Origin: an uncultured Gemmatimonadales bacterium
Lineage (GTDB): Bacteria > Gemmatimonadota > Gemmatimonadetes > Gemmatimonadales > GWC2-71-9
Assembly (NCBI GenBank): GCA_963730185.1
Contig: CAVSQW010000015.1
Location: 448,001-512,000 of the forward strand
Length of the DNA: 64,000 bases
Direction: 5' to 3'
Numbering within the stretch: position 1 is the stretch's first letter; each line of letters opens with the position of its first letter. Positions 47,020 to 56,672 of this stretch are shown here, one piece after another. A program made the position numbers and the translations under genes. Below the pieces are notes generated by a model that ran no database searches, had not been told where the DNA came from, and worked only from the letters and a program-made list of their open reading frames with translations.

Positions 47020-47813
47020 TCCGCCGGCTCGGCGTCGCGGGTCTCCTCCTGGTGGCGGGGTGCGCCACCAAGGGCAACGTTCGACGGGTGGAGACCCAGG
47101 TGGCCGTCCTCCGCGCCGAGACCGCGCGGCAGGACTCGGCCCGTGCCGCCGAGCTGTCCCGGATCATCCGGTTGCAGCAATCCATCCTGGACTCGCTGGC
47201 CGCGGGGCGGCAAGCCCTGCACGTGCTGGATGCCCGGCTGGGCAACGACTTGGTCGACATCCAGCGCCAGCTGCTCCAGGTCCAGGAGCTTGCCGGGCAG
47301 AGCCAGGCCCGGCTTTCCCGGTTGCAGGCCAATCTCGACGCTCGAGCCGCCGCCGCCCAGGTCGAGACCGCGAACGCGATGGCCGACTCGACCCATGCCG
47401 ATTCGGCCGCCGCGGCTCCGCCGCCCCCGATGCAGGCGCCCTCCGCCGATCAGATGTATCAGGGCGCGCTTCAGCAATTCCGCCGGGGCAGCGTGATTCT
47501 GGCGCGGCGGGCCTTCCTGGATTTCTTGAAGACCTACCCGGACCACCCCCTCGTCCCGGACGCGACGTACTACGTCGGTGAGACGTTCGAGACCGAAGCG
47601 CCCGATTCGGCGCTGGCCCGCTACAACGAGGTGGTCAAGCGCTTCCCGCAATCCACCCGGGCGCCGACCGCCCTGTACAAGATCGGGCTCATGGCCGAAC
47701 GTCGACAGGATGCGTCCACGGCACGCGCGACGTACCAGCGCGTCATTCAGCAGTACCCGCGGTCGGAGGAGGCCGACCTCGCCCGCGAACGATTGGCGAG
47801 CCTCAAGCCGTAA
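47016..47813 (+). CDS. cpoB: Cell division coordinator CpoB/YbgF
   Basis: Lipobox VAG-C; coiled coil; C-terminal TPRs; follows pal. Confidence 0.82.
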   Translation: MIRRLGVAGLLLVAGCATKGNVRRVETQVAVLRAETARQDSARAAELSRIIRLQQSILDSLAAGRQALHVLDARLGNDLVDIQRQLLQVQELAGQSQARLSRLQANLDARAAAAQVETANAMADSTHADSAAAAPPPPMQAPSADQMYQGALQQFRRGSVILARRAFLDFLKTYPDHPLVPDATYYVGETFETEAPDSALARYNEVVKRFPQSTRAPTALYKIGLMAERRQDASTARATYQRVIQQYPRSEEADLARERLASLKP

Positions 47814-47825
47814 GCAGGACCCTCC

Positions 47826-50800
47826 ATGGCGCGGTCCCTTGGCGAAATGCCGTTCCTCGATCACCTCGAGGAGCTCCGATCCCGAATCCTGAAGGCGCTC
47901 GCGGCGCTCATCGTCGGCGTGGGTCTCGGGATCTGGCTGGTGGATCGCTTCAAGCTGATCGACATCATCAAGGCGCCGATCACGCCGCTCCTTCCGACCG
48001 GCCGGCTGGTAGTGCAGGGGCCCACCGAGCCGATCATGATCCTGCTCAAGCTCGGGTTCGTGACCGGGCTGGTGCTGGCTTCGCCGGTGATCGTCTGGCA
48101 GATCTGGGCCTTTCTCTCGCCGGCCCTCTACGCCAAGGAAAAGAAGGCGGTCATCCCGTCGCTCTTCGCCGGGTTGGTCCTCTTCCTCACCGGCTCGATC
48201 CTGAGCTTCGTGTACGTGGTGCCCCGGGCCTTGCAGGTCTTGCTCGGGTTCCAGGCCGGCTCCTTCGAGAACCTGATCACGTTCGAGAAGTACTACGACT
48301 TCGTGCTCCAGGTGGTCCTGGCGATGGGGCTGTCGGCCGAGCTGCCGATGGTCATCATCCTCCTGGCGATGCTCGGCGTGGTGACGCCGAAGATGCTGGG
48401 CCGCTTCCGCCGCTACGCGATCGTGTTGTCGTTCGCCGCCGGCGCGGTCCTCTCGCCGGGGACCGACGTCTTCACGATGCTGCTGATGACGGCCCCCCTG
48501 ATTCTCCTCTACGAGGTCGGGTACCTCGGGACCGTGATCGTGCACCGGCGCCGGCTCAAGGCGGCCGCGCGCGCGGCCGCGATCGGGCTCCTGCTCCTCC
48601 TGGCCCTGGCGCCGAGTCGGGCGGAGGCGCAGCGGCCACCGGTGCAGCGGGCCCCACCGGGTCGGCAGGCCGTCGATTCCCTGGCCGACTCCCTCCGCAA
48701 CCGGCCGATCGACTCCGCCAGTGCCCGCCGTCTGGGGCTCCCCACCGCCCCGAGCCTCAGCTTCCCCGCCGCCGACTCCATCATCAACGCCCTGCTCGAT
48801 CTCGAGGGCTTCGAGACCACCCGCTACCGGGCCGACACCGCCCAGGTGAACGCCGTAACGCGGGGCATCAAGCTCGAAGGGCACGCCATGACCGAGCGGG
48901 CCGGCTCCACGCTCGAGGCCGGGATCATCACCTATCGGGAGGGGGACTGCCGGTTCGAGGCGGAGCGGGGCCCCCAGCTCTTTCAGGCGGGGACGGTGGT
49001 CGTCGGCTCGGGGGTCAAGTACGACACCTGCGTCCAGCGCGGTCTGGTGCAGAACGGACTGACTTCGTTTCCGCAGGGAGGGGCCAACTGGTATCTCCGG
49101 GGCAACATCGCGATGGACTCGTCGTCCAGTCGGGTCTACGCCAGCGCCCGGGAGGTGACCAGCTGTGATCTGCCCGAAGCCCACTATCACTTCTCCGCCC
49201 GCGAGCTCAAATGGATCAGCGGGTCGGTGATGGTGGCCCGGCCGGCGGTGCTCTACATCCGCGACGTCCCGATCGCCTGGATCCCGTTCCTTTTCCAGGA
49301 CACCAAGCGGGGCCGACGGTCGGGTATCCTGACGCCCCAGTTCGGTTTCAACGACATCGTCCGGCCCTCGCGCGGCTACAACCGGACCATCCAGAACATC
49401 GGCTACTACTGGGCCCCGAACGACTATCTGGACGTGCTCGGCCGGTTCGACTGGTTCTCCAACCGGTACATCGAATTCGGGCTCGAGGGACAGTACCGCT
49501 GGATCAACCAGAACATGCGGGGCGCGGTCAGCTATTCGAAGAGCAAGCAGATCGGCGCGGGCGGCGGGACCAACACCCGGATCGTCTGGAACAACTCCTG
49601 GACCCGGAACAACACCACGCGGATCAACTGGAACGTTGACTACTCCACCAATTCGCAGATCATCCGGAACAACTCGATCGACCCCCGGTTGGTGACCCAG
49701 GACATCCGGAGCTCGGGGACGATCAGCAAGCAGTACCGGTGGGGCAACCTCAGCATCGGCGGCACCCGGAGCCAGAGCGTGACCGACGGCAGCGGCCGCC
49801 AGACCCTGCCGTCGGTGACCCTGTCGCCCAAGCCGATCGATCTCGGAACGACCTTCACCTGGTCGCCCGACCTGAGCTTCACCATCGAGAACGCGTTCAA
49901 GCAGGCCCGGCCGTCGCTCCTGATTCCCCGCGACGACGGCACCGTCGACACCGTCAAGGTGACCGGCTCGAACCGGGCCGCCAGGTTCAATCTGAACACG
50001 CCCCTCCGGATTGGCGGGTTCAACTGGACCAACTCGATGACCTACATCGATTCGAGCTCGGTCGGCGCCCGGCAGGCGACGGTCCGGATCCCCGACGAGA
50101 GCACCGCCGACCCGACCGACTCGGTGACCGTGCGGCGGCTCAGCAACAGCGGGTTCGGCAGCGGCTTCAATTGGAACACCAGCATCAACCTTCCGATCCT
50201 CTTCCGGAACAGCTGGAAGGTGACGCCCTCGCTCGGCATCACCAACACCACCAGCGGCGACTTCGCGGTCCGGAACGCCCGGACCGACGGGCAGTGGGTG
50301 ACCCAGGGCAAGCGGTTTCAGTTCGGCGTCTCGATGGCGCCGACCTTCTACGGCTTCTTCGGCGGGATCGGCCCACTGGCCCGGATCCGGCACACCATTC
50401 AGCCCAGCCTGAGCTACGCCTACGCCCCCTCCGCCACGGTGCCGCTGGCCTACGCCCAGGCCGTGACCTCGCCGGGGCAAACGCCGCGGCTTCGGAGCGA
50501 TCCGACCCAGACGCTGACCCTGACCCTGAACCAGAACTTCGAGGCCAAGACCCGGCGCCCACCCGGCGACACCACCGACGCCAACGTCAAGAAGGTCCGG
50601 CTGCTGAGCATCCAGACCTCGCCCATCGGGTACGACTTCGAGCAGGCCAAGCTCCCCGGCCGGGCCGGCTGGACCACCAGCTCGCTGACCAATAGCTTGA
50701 TGAGCGATCTGGTGCCGGGGTTCAACTTCTCGATCACCCACGACCTCTGGAAGGGCGTGGTCGGGAGCGACACCGCGACGCTGAGCCCGTTCCTCGCCGG

Positions 50801-51335
50801 GGTTACCGCCAGCTTCTCCCTTTCGGGTCGCACCTTCGCGTCCCTCGGCAAGCTGCTCGGCCTCGGCAACGGCAACGCGACCCCGGACGCCGGCCCGGCG
50901 GCCCAGCCGACGGGGACGGGTTACCCCGACCCGTTCGGACCGGCCCAGGCGCTTCGCCGGGGCACCGGGTTCACCTCGGCCCAGAACTACACCCGGGGCG
51001 GGCAGGGCTTCAACATGTCGGTCAACTACACCTTGAGCCGCACCCGTCCGTCGGTCACCACGCCGAATCCAACCTCGCAGAGCAACATCGCGCTCAACTC
51101 GAGCTTCTCGCCGACTCGGTTTTGGCAGGTGAACTGGACCACGCAGTACAACGGCAGCCAGCATCGGTTCGAGTCGCAGCAGCTCAACTTGACCCGCGAC
51201 CTCCATGACTGGCGGGCGACCTTCTCGTTCACCCGCTCGCCCAACGGGAACTTCGCCTTCTCGTTCCTGATCATGCTCATCGACCTGCCGGACCTCCGGT
51301 TCCCGTACCAGCAGTCGACCATCCAGCCGCAATGA
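47826..51335 (+). CDS. tatC: TatC - internal signal peptide - LptD-like outer membrane protein fusion (1169 aa)
   Basis: aa 1-243 TatC (MPFLDHLEELRSRI, WQIWAFLSPALYAKEK, SAELP, LSPGTD, LLYEVG); aa 240-268 signal-like segment; remainder LptD-like (VTSCDLPEAHYHF, VPIAWIPF, RRSGILTP, GYYWA, beta strands, RDLHDW). Confidence 0.85.
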   Translation: MARSLGEMPFLDHLEELRSRILKALAALIVGVGLGIWLVDRFKLIDIIKAPITPLLPTGRLVVQGPTEPIMILLKLGFVTGLVLASPVIVWQIWAFLSPALYAKEKKAVIPSLFAGLVLFLTGSILSFVYVVPRALQVLLGFQAGSFENLITFEKYYDFVLQVVLAMGLSAELPMVIILLAMLGVVTPKMLGRFRRYAIVLSFAAGAVLSPGTDVFTMLLMTAPLILLYEVGYLGTVIVHRRRLKAAARAAAIGLLLLLALAPSRAEAQRPPVQRAPPGRQAVDSLADSLRNRPIDSASARRLGLPTAPSLSFPAADSIINALLDLEGFETTRYRADTAQVNAVTRGIKLEGHAMTERAGSTLEAGIITYREGDCRFEAERGPQLFQAGTVVVGSGVKYDTCVQRGLVQNGLTSFPQGGANWYLRGNIAMDSSSSRVYASAREVTSCDLPEAHYHFSARELKWISGSVMVARPAVLYIRDVPIAWIPFLFQDTKRGRRSGILTPQFGFNDIVRPSRGYNRTIQNIGYYWAPNDYLDVLGRFDWFSNRYIEFGLEGQYRWINQNMRGAVSYSKSKQIGAGGGTNTRIVWNNSWTRNNTTRINWNVDYSTNSQIIRNNSIDPRLVTQDIRSSGTISKQYRWGNLSIGGTRSQSVTDGSGRQTLPSVTLSPKPIDLGTTFTWSPDLSFTIENAFKQARPSLLIPRDDGTVDTVKVTGSNRAARFNLNTPLRIGGFNWTNSMTYIDSSSVGARQATVRIPDESTADPTDSVTVRRLSNSGFGSGFNWNTSINLPILFRNSWKVTPSLGITNTTSGDFAVRNARTDGQWVTQGKRFQFGVSMAPTFYGFFGGIGPLARIRHTIQPSLSYAYAPSATVPLAYAQAVTSPGQTPRLRSDPTQTLTLTLNQNFEAKTRRPPGDTTDANVKKVRLLSIQTSPIGYDFEQAKLPGRAGWTTSSLTNSLMSDLVPGFNFSITHDLWKGVVGSDTATLSPFLAGVTASFSLSGRTFASLGKLLGLGNGNATPDAGPAAQPTGTGYPDPFGPAQALRRGTGFTSAQNYTRGGQGFNMSVNYTLSRTRPSVTTPNPTSQSNIALNSSFSPTRFWQVNWTTQYNGSQHRFESQQLNLTRDLHDWRATFSFTRSPNGNFAFSFLIMLIDLPDLRFPYQQSTIQPQ

Positions 51336-51402
51336 CGGGCGCGGGCCCGTGGGACACTGGCGTCCGCCCCGATCGGCGGTCCGCATCCTGGGAGAGACAG
51401 CG

Positions 51403-52941
51403 ATGAGCGAAAGCGGCGCGGTGCTCGCGATTGACGGGCGGTCGCTCACCGTCGAGGACGTCGTCCGGTTCGCCCGGGCGCCCGAGACCCGGCTGGCGCT
51501 CGACCCCGGCGCGCGGGAGCGCCTCGCGGCCAGCCGGGCGGTCATCGAAGGCGCGATCGCCCGCGGCGACACCATGTACGGGATCAACACCGGGTTCGGC
51601 AAGCTCGCCAACGTCCGGGTCGGCCCCGAGTCGCTGGGGGCCCTCCAGGCCAACCTGATCCGGAGCCACGCCGCCGGCGTGGGCGACCCGCTCCCGGCCG
51701 AGGTGGTCCGGGCGATGATGCTGCTCCGGACCAACGTGCTGCTCCGCGCGACCAGCGGGGTCCGGCCCAGCCTGGCGCAGGCGGTGGCCGATCTGGCGAA
51801 CGCCGGGATCGTCCCGGTCGTGCCCGAGCAGGGGAGCGTCGGGGCCAGCGGCGACCTCGCGCCGCTCAGCCACCTGGCCCTGGTCTTGATGGGCGAGGGC
51901 GACGTCTTGACTGACGACGGGGGCTGCCGTCCGGCCGCCGACGTCCTGGCGGCCGCCGGACTCACCCCGGTTCGGTTCGCGCCCAAGGAAGGCCTGGCCT
52001 TCATCAACGGGACCCAGGCCCAGACGGCCCTGCTGGCTCTCCTGGTGCACGATGCCTGGGTGGTGTGGCGGACGGCGGTCGCGGCCGCCGCGCTCAGTCT
52101 GGAAGCCCTCCGGGGCACTCCTACGCCGCTCGATCCCCGGATCCACGAGGCCCGGCCCCATCCGGGTCAGATCCGGGCCGCCGCCCTGATGCGCGACCTC
52201 CTCGAGGCCAGTGAGATCCGGGAATCGCATCGGGAGAACGACCCCCGGGTCCAGGATGCCTACAGTCTCCGCTGCAGCCCGCAGGTGCTCGGAGCGGTGG
52301 CCGACGCGATCAGCTTCGCGGACCGGGTGGTGAGCGTCGAGCTCAATGCCTCGACCGACAACCCGCTGGTGTTCGCCGACGGCGACGTGCTCTCGGGCGG
52401 TAATTTCCACGGCCAGCCGGTCGCCCAGGCGCTCGACTTCCTGGGGATCGCGCTGGTGACCCTGCAGGCGCTGGCCGAGCGTCGGGTGGAGCGGCTGGTC
52501 AACCCGGATCTCTCGCAGGGTCTCCCGGCCTTCCTGACCCGCGATCCGGGGCTCCAGTCGGGCTTCATGATGGTCCAGATCACGGCGGCGTCTCTCGTGG
52601 CGGAATCTCGGACACTGGCCTACCCGGCCAGCATCGGGTCGATTCCGACCGACGCGAACCAAGAGGACTTCGTTCCGATGGGCATGGCGGCCGCGTTCAA
52701 GGTCCGGCGGATCCTGCTGAACGCCGCGCGGGTCGTGGCCGCGGAGTTGCTGTGCGGGGCCCAGGGGCTCGAGTTCCTGGCTCCCCTCCGTCCGGGTCGG
52801 GGGGTGGCTCGGCTCCATCGGGCCCTCCGGAGCGACGCCTGGGGGGTGGCTGCTCTGGGGGCCGATCGGCCCCCAGCGCCGGACCTGGCCCGTTTGGAGC
52901 GGGGAGTGCTCGCGGGGGCCTTCGATCCCGAGGGGCAATAG
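51403..52941 (+). CDS. hutH: Histidine ammonia-lyase
   Basis: YGINTGFG, GSVGASGDLAPL (ASG/MIO), KEGLAFING, QDAYSLRC, GGNFHGQP. Confidence 0.92.
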   Translation: MSESGAVLAIDGRSLTVEDVVRFARAPETRLALDPGARERLAASRAVIEGAIARGDTMYGINTGFGKLANVRVGPESLGALQANLIRSHAAGVGDPLPAEVVRAMMLLRTNVLLRATSGVRPSLAQAVADLANAGIVPVVPEQGSVGASGDLAPLSHLALVLMGEGDVLTDDGGCRPAADVLAAAGLTPVRFAPKEGLAFINGTQAQTALLALLVHDAWVVWRTAVAAAALSLEALRGTPTPLDPRIHEARPHPGQIRAAALMRDLLEASEIRESHRENDPRVQDAYSLRCSPQVLGAVADAISFADRVVSVELNASTDNPLVFADGDVLSGGNFHGQPVAQALDFLGIALVTLQALAERRVERLVNPDLSQGLPAFLTRDPGLQSGFMMVQITAASLVAESRTLAYPASIGSIPTDANQEDFVPMGMAAAFKVRRILLNAARVVAAELLCGAQGLEFLAPLRPGRGVARLHRALRSDAWGVAALGADRPPAPDLARLERGVLAGAFDPEGQ

Positions 52942-53038
52942 GGCCGATCGTCGGCTTGCTCGGCCCCATGGCGCGGTCCTATCTTACGGATTCGCAAATG
53001 GTTGACCGTCGCAATCAGCCGCCAGAGCCCCGAGCCGG

Positions 53039-55129
53039 ATGAACCTCGACAAGCTCAAAGAGTCGGCGCGCAAGTACGAGCAGGGCGGGCAATGGCGACA
53101 GGCCGTTGACGTCTACAAAAAGGCGCTCCGGGAGTTCGAGGAATCAGGCGAGGGGGTCCCCGACCCGTCGCTCTACAATCGCGTCGGCGACCTCGAGATG
53201 AAGAGCGGCGACTCGGGCGCGGCGGTCCGAGCCTACGAGCAGGCCGCCGATCTTTACACCGAGCAGGGCTTTTTTAACAACGCCATCGCCCTTTGCGGCA
53301 AGATTCTCCGGATCAACGCCAGCCGCACGGCCACCTACCTCCGCCTCGCCCAGCTGAACGCCCGCAAGAACTTCGTCGGCGAAGCCCGGAAGAACCTCCT
53401 CGAGTACGTGGACCGGATGGAGGCGCTGAACCACCGGGAAGAAGCCTTCAACTCGGTCCGGGTCTTCGCCGACCAGTTCACCGGCAACCCCGACATCCGG
53501 GTGATGCTCGTCGAGCTGCTCACCACCGCGGCCGACGGCCACGAAGGGCGGACCCAGTTCCGGAAGCTCGCCGAGGAGCTGGAGACCCGGGAAGGCGGCG
53601 TGGTCACGACCAATGGCGGCGACTTGACCCAGATTCCCGACGTCGACACGCCGGCGCCGTCGCCGATGGGGGCCGGGGCGGGCGACCTGGTGTTCATCGA
53701 CGTCGGCGCCTCCGGCCGGGTCCCCGACGCGGAGCCGGTCGAGGGCCTGGAGATTCACCGGCCGGACGAGGGCGACGCGGAGGGCTGGCGGCGCGACACC
53801 AGCCTGGTCGAAGGGCTCGAAGTCATCAGCGGCGGCGTCGACGACGATCCCGACGCGCCGGTCATCTCGGGCGCGACGCCGGCCGATCCCTTCGATGCCG
53901 ACGACCCCGACTCGATGCTGGACATCGACGCCTATCCGCCGGTGGAGGACCAGGGGGAGATCGCCCTGACCTCGGTGGACCTCGACGCGGATGCGGCCCG
54001 GGAGAGCCATCCCAGCGTAGCCATGCCCTTCGAGACGCTCGAAGACGCCACCCACGCCGATCCCCGGCAGGACGCCGTCGAGCCGGACCAAGGCACCGAC
54101 GAGGCGGATCAGGATCTCGTCTTCCTGTCGGTCGACGACGGCGAGGCCGACGACGCGCCGACGACCGCCTCGCCGACGTCGGCGGTGGACGACGATCCGG
54201 CGGTGGCGGCGCGCAGCCGGGCGCAGGTGCTGCTGGACGTGGGCGACCAAGGCGGGGCGGTGGCGGCGCTCGAGGACGCGGTCCAGCGGTTCGAGGCAAC
54301 CGGCCGCTACGACGAGGCCCTCGAGGTGGCCGATCGCCTGAGCCGGCTCGAGCCGTCGGCCGTGTTTCGCTACCAGAAGCGGGTGGAGCTGGCCTATCGC
54401 TGCGGCCGCCGCGACGTGATGCTTCAGGCCTATCTTGGCCTGGCCGACGCGCTCCTTCGGAACGGCGGTACCGACCACGCCGTGGTGGTGTACCGGCGGG
54501 TCCTCGAGCACGATCCCGGCAATGCCGTCGCCCGGGCCGCGCTGGCCAACCTGGCGCCGCCCCCGGCGGTGGCCGCCGAAGAGCCCGAGCCGCCGGCCGG
54601 GTCGTTCGTGGATCTGGGGAGCTTGATCCTCGACGAGCCCTCCAGTCGCGATACCCGGATCCGGGTTGGTCAGGCCGCCCCGATCGAAGACGAGGACCAG
54701 GCCTTTCTCGAAGCCCTGGCGCAGTTCAAGCGCGGGATCGACGAGAATCTCGATGCCGAGGATTTCCAGGCCCACTACGACCTGGGGATCGCCTTCAAGG
54801 AGATGGGACTCCTCGACGAGGCAATCGCCCAGTTCCAGAAGGCGCTCCGGTCGCCGGAAGGGCGGCTCAAGACCTCCGAGCAACTGGGGATCGCCTTCTA
54901 CGAGAAGAGCCGGTTCGCGATTTCCGAAGCGGTCCTCCGACGAGCGGTCGACAGCCTGCCCGGCGGTGACGAGGACAAGATCGGGCTGATCTACTGGCTG
55001 GGGCGGGCGGTCGAGGCGCAACGGCGTCAGGACGAGTCCGTCCGGTGCTACGAGCGGGTCCTGGCCGTCGACATCCGGTTCCTCGACGTGGGGGAGCGAA
55101 TGCAGCGCCTCACCGCGGAGCCCACATGA
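53039..55129 (+). CDS. Large TPR protein with acidic central linker (SgmX-like architecture)
   Basis: N-terminal TPRs; Asp/Glu-rich linker; C-terminal TPRs with AHYDLGIAFKEMGLLDEAIAQFQ. Confidence 0.8.
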   Translation: MNLDKLKESARKYEQGGQWRQAVDVYKKALREFEESGEGVPDPSLYNRVGDLEMKSGDSGAAVRAYEQAADLYTEQGFFNNAIALCGKILRINASRTATYLRLAQLNARKNFVGEARKNLLEYVDRMEALNHREEAFNSVRVFADQFTGNPDIRVMLVELLTTAADGHEGRTQFRKLAEELETREGGVVTTNGGDLTQIPDVDTPAPSPMGAGAGDLVFIDVGASGRVPDAEPVEGLEIHRPDEGDAEGWRRDTSLVEGLEVISGGVDDDPDAPVISGATPADPFDADDPDSMLDIDAYPPVEDQGEIALTSVDLDADAARESHPSVAMPFETLEDATHADPRQDAVEPDQGTDEADQDLVFLSVDDGEADDAPTTASPTSAVDDDPAVAARSRAQVLLDVGDQGGAVAALEDAVQRFEATGRYDEALEVADRLSRLEPSAVFRYQKRVELAYRCGRRDVMLQAYLGLADALLRNGGTDHAVVVYRRVLEHDPGNAVARAALANLAPPPAVAAEEPEPPAGSFVDLGSLILDEPSSRDTRIRVGQAAPIEDEDQAFLEALAQFKRGIDENLDAEDFQAHYDLGIAFKEMGLLDEAIAQFQKALRSPEGRLKTSEQLGIAFYEKSRFAISEAVLRRAVDSLPGGDEDKIGLIYWLGRAVEAQRRQDESVRCYERVLAVDIRFLDVGERMQRLTAEPT

Positions 55130-56115
55130 TCTCCGAGGCCGCGCCGGTGACCCTGGCCGAGCTCCAGGCTTCGGTGCAGGACGAGCTCGACCAGGTCCGG
55201 CGCTCGCTCGCCGACCTGGTCGCCGCCGACTTCGGCCTGATCGACGAGGTGAACTCCCATCTCCTCCGGATGCAGGGCAAGCTGTTCCGGCCCACGCTGC
55301 TGCTGCTCGTGAACCAGGCGACCCGGAGTCCCGATCCCCGCGCGGTTCGCCTGGCCGCGGTGGTGGAGCTGATCCACCTGGCCACCCTGGTGCACGACGA
55401 TTCGGTGGACCACTCGGTCCTTCGCCGGGGCATGCCGACGATCAACTCGCTGTTCAGCCACCAGGTCTCGGTGATCATGGGCGACTATCTGTACTCGCGC
55501 GCCGTGATCCAGCTGGTCGAGCTGGGCGACCTTCGGGCGCTCGGGGTGCTGAGCCGGGTCACCAACGAGATGACCATCGGGGAGATGCGACAGCTCCTGG
55601 CCCACGACCCGCTGACCTTCTCCGAGGAGAGCTACGACCTCCTGATCCGGGCCAAGACGGCGTCGCTCCTCTCGGGGGCGTGCGAGTGCGGGGCCCTGAC
55701 GGCGTCTCCGGAACGAACGGCCGCCATGGCCCGCTTCGGAAACGCCCTCGGAATGGCTTTTCAGATCGTCGACGACCTCCTCGACTTCACCGAGGTCGAG
55801 GCCGTTACCGGCAAGCCGTCCGGGCAGGACCTGAAGGAGCACAAAGTGACCCTACCGTTGATTCATGCCCTGCCGCGGCTCTCCCCAACGGAGCGGAACG
55901 ACGTGTCTGGCCTGATGAACACCCCCGTGCCGTCCCCCGATCAAATCGCGGTGGTGGTCGAGCACGTAGGGCAGGCGGGCGGACTCGACTACGCCCGTGA
56001 CCGGGCGATCCGGCATGGCCAGGAGGCCGAGCGGGAGTTGGAGCATCTTCCCGCGAGCCCAGCCCGGGAGCTGCTCCGGGCCAGCATCGCGTACGTGCTG
56101 GACCGCCGCCGCTGA
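55126..56115 (+). CDS. Long-chain polyprenyl diphosphate synthase
   Basis: GKLFRP, HLATLVHDD..D (FARM), KTA, FQIVDDLLD (SARM), GKP.G.DL. Confidence 0.92.
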   Translation: MISEAAPVTLAELQASVQDELDQVRRSLADLVAADFGLIDEVNSHLLRMQGKLFRPTLLLLVNQATRSPDPRAVRLAAVVELIHLATLVHDDSVDHSVLRRGMPTINSLFSHQVSVIMGDYLYSRAVIQLVELGDLRALGVLSRVTNEMTIGEMRQLLAHDPLTFSEESYDLLIRAKTASLLSGACECGALTASPERTAAMARFGNALGMAFQIVDDLLDFTEVEAVTGKPSGQDLKEHKVTLPLIHALPRLSPTERNDVSGLMNTPVPSPDQIAVVVEHVGQAGGLDYARDRAIRHGQEAERELEHLPASPARELLRASIAYVLDRRR

Positions 56116-56384
56116 TGAAAGGCCCCCGCCGCCCGCGTTTCTACGCGACCATCCTCGTCACCGGGTTCCTGCTGGGCGGCTTTCTGAACGCCTTCCTCCG
56201 GAAGGTGCTGCCCGACAGCCCGACCAAGGCCTTCTTCACCTTTTCCGTGCAGGGGGAGGTTGGCCCTGTCCCGATCAACCTGCTGGTGGTACACTTCACC
56301 CTCGGTCCGGTGGGCGTCGACATGTCACTCCTGAGTGTCGTCGGAGTCCTCCTGGCCTATCTGGTGGCGAAGTCGCTCTTTTAG
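56115..56384 (+). CDS. Small two-TM membrane protein (DUF4321-like)
   Basis: 89 aa; two hydrophobic segments around a beta hairpin; TGATG overlap. Confidence 0.6.
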   Translation: MKGPRRPRFYATILVTGFLLGGFLNAFLRKVLPDSPTKAFFTFSVQGEVGPVPINLLVVHFTLGPVGVDMSLLSVVGVLLAYLVAKSLF

Positions 56385-56399
56385 GCGGAGGCCGGCAGC

Positions 56400-56657
56400 A
56401 TGTTGGGCAACTTGGGTTTTTCGGAAATCATGATCCTCCTACTGGTCGTGCTCTTGGTGTTCGGAGCTCGCCGGCTACCCGAGATCGGGCAGTCCCTGGG
56501 CAAGGGGATTCGGGAGTTCAAGCGGAGTCTGACTGACACGCAGGAGGCGGTGACCAGCGGGATGGACGACCGGCCACAGGTGACCGGGCGTCACATCGAC
56601 GCGCCTCCCTCCCAGCAACAGCCGACCGGTAGCGAGCCGAAGCGGCTGTCGCAGTAG
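56400..56657 (+). CDS. tatA: Twin-arginine translocase TatA/TatE
   Basis: E..ILL..VLLVFGARRLPEIGQSLGKGIREFK. Confidence 0.93.
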   Translation: MLGNLGFSEIMILLLVVLLVFGARRLPEIGQSLGKGIREFKRSLTDTQEAVTSGMDDRPQVTGRHIDAPPSQQQPTGSEPKRLSQ

Positions 56658-56672
56658 TCGAATTGGTGGAGT

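Noticed and set aside
46905..52118. 1737-aa minus-strand ORF, and other long antisense ORFs such as 30295-33465, 37636-40407 and 34017-36257
   Set aside because: Shadow ORFs from high-GC codon bias opposite well-identified genes; no recognisable motifs
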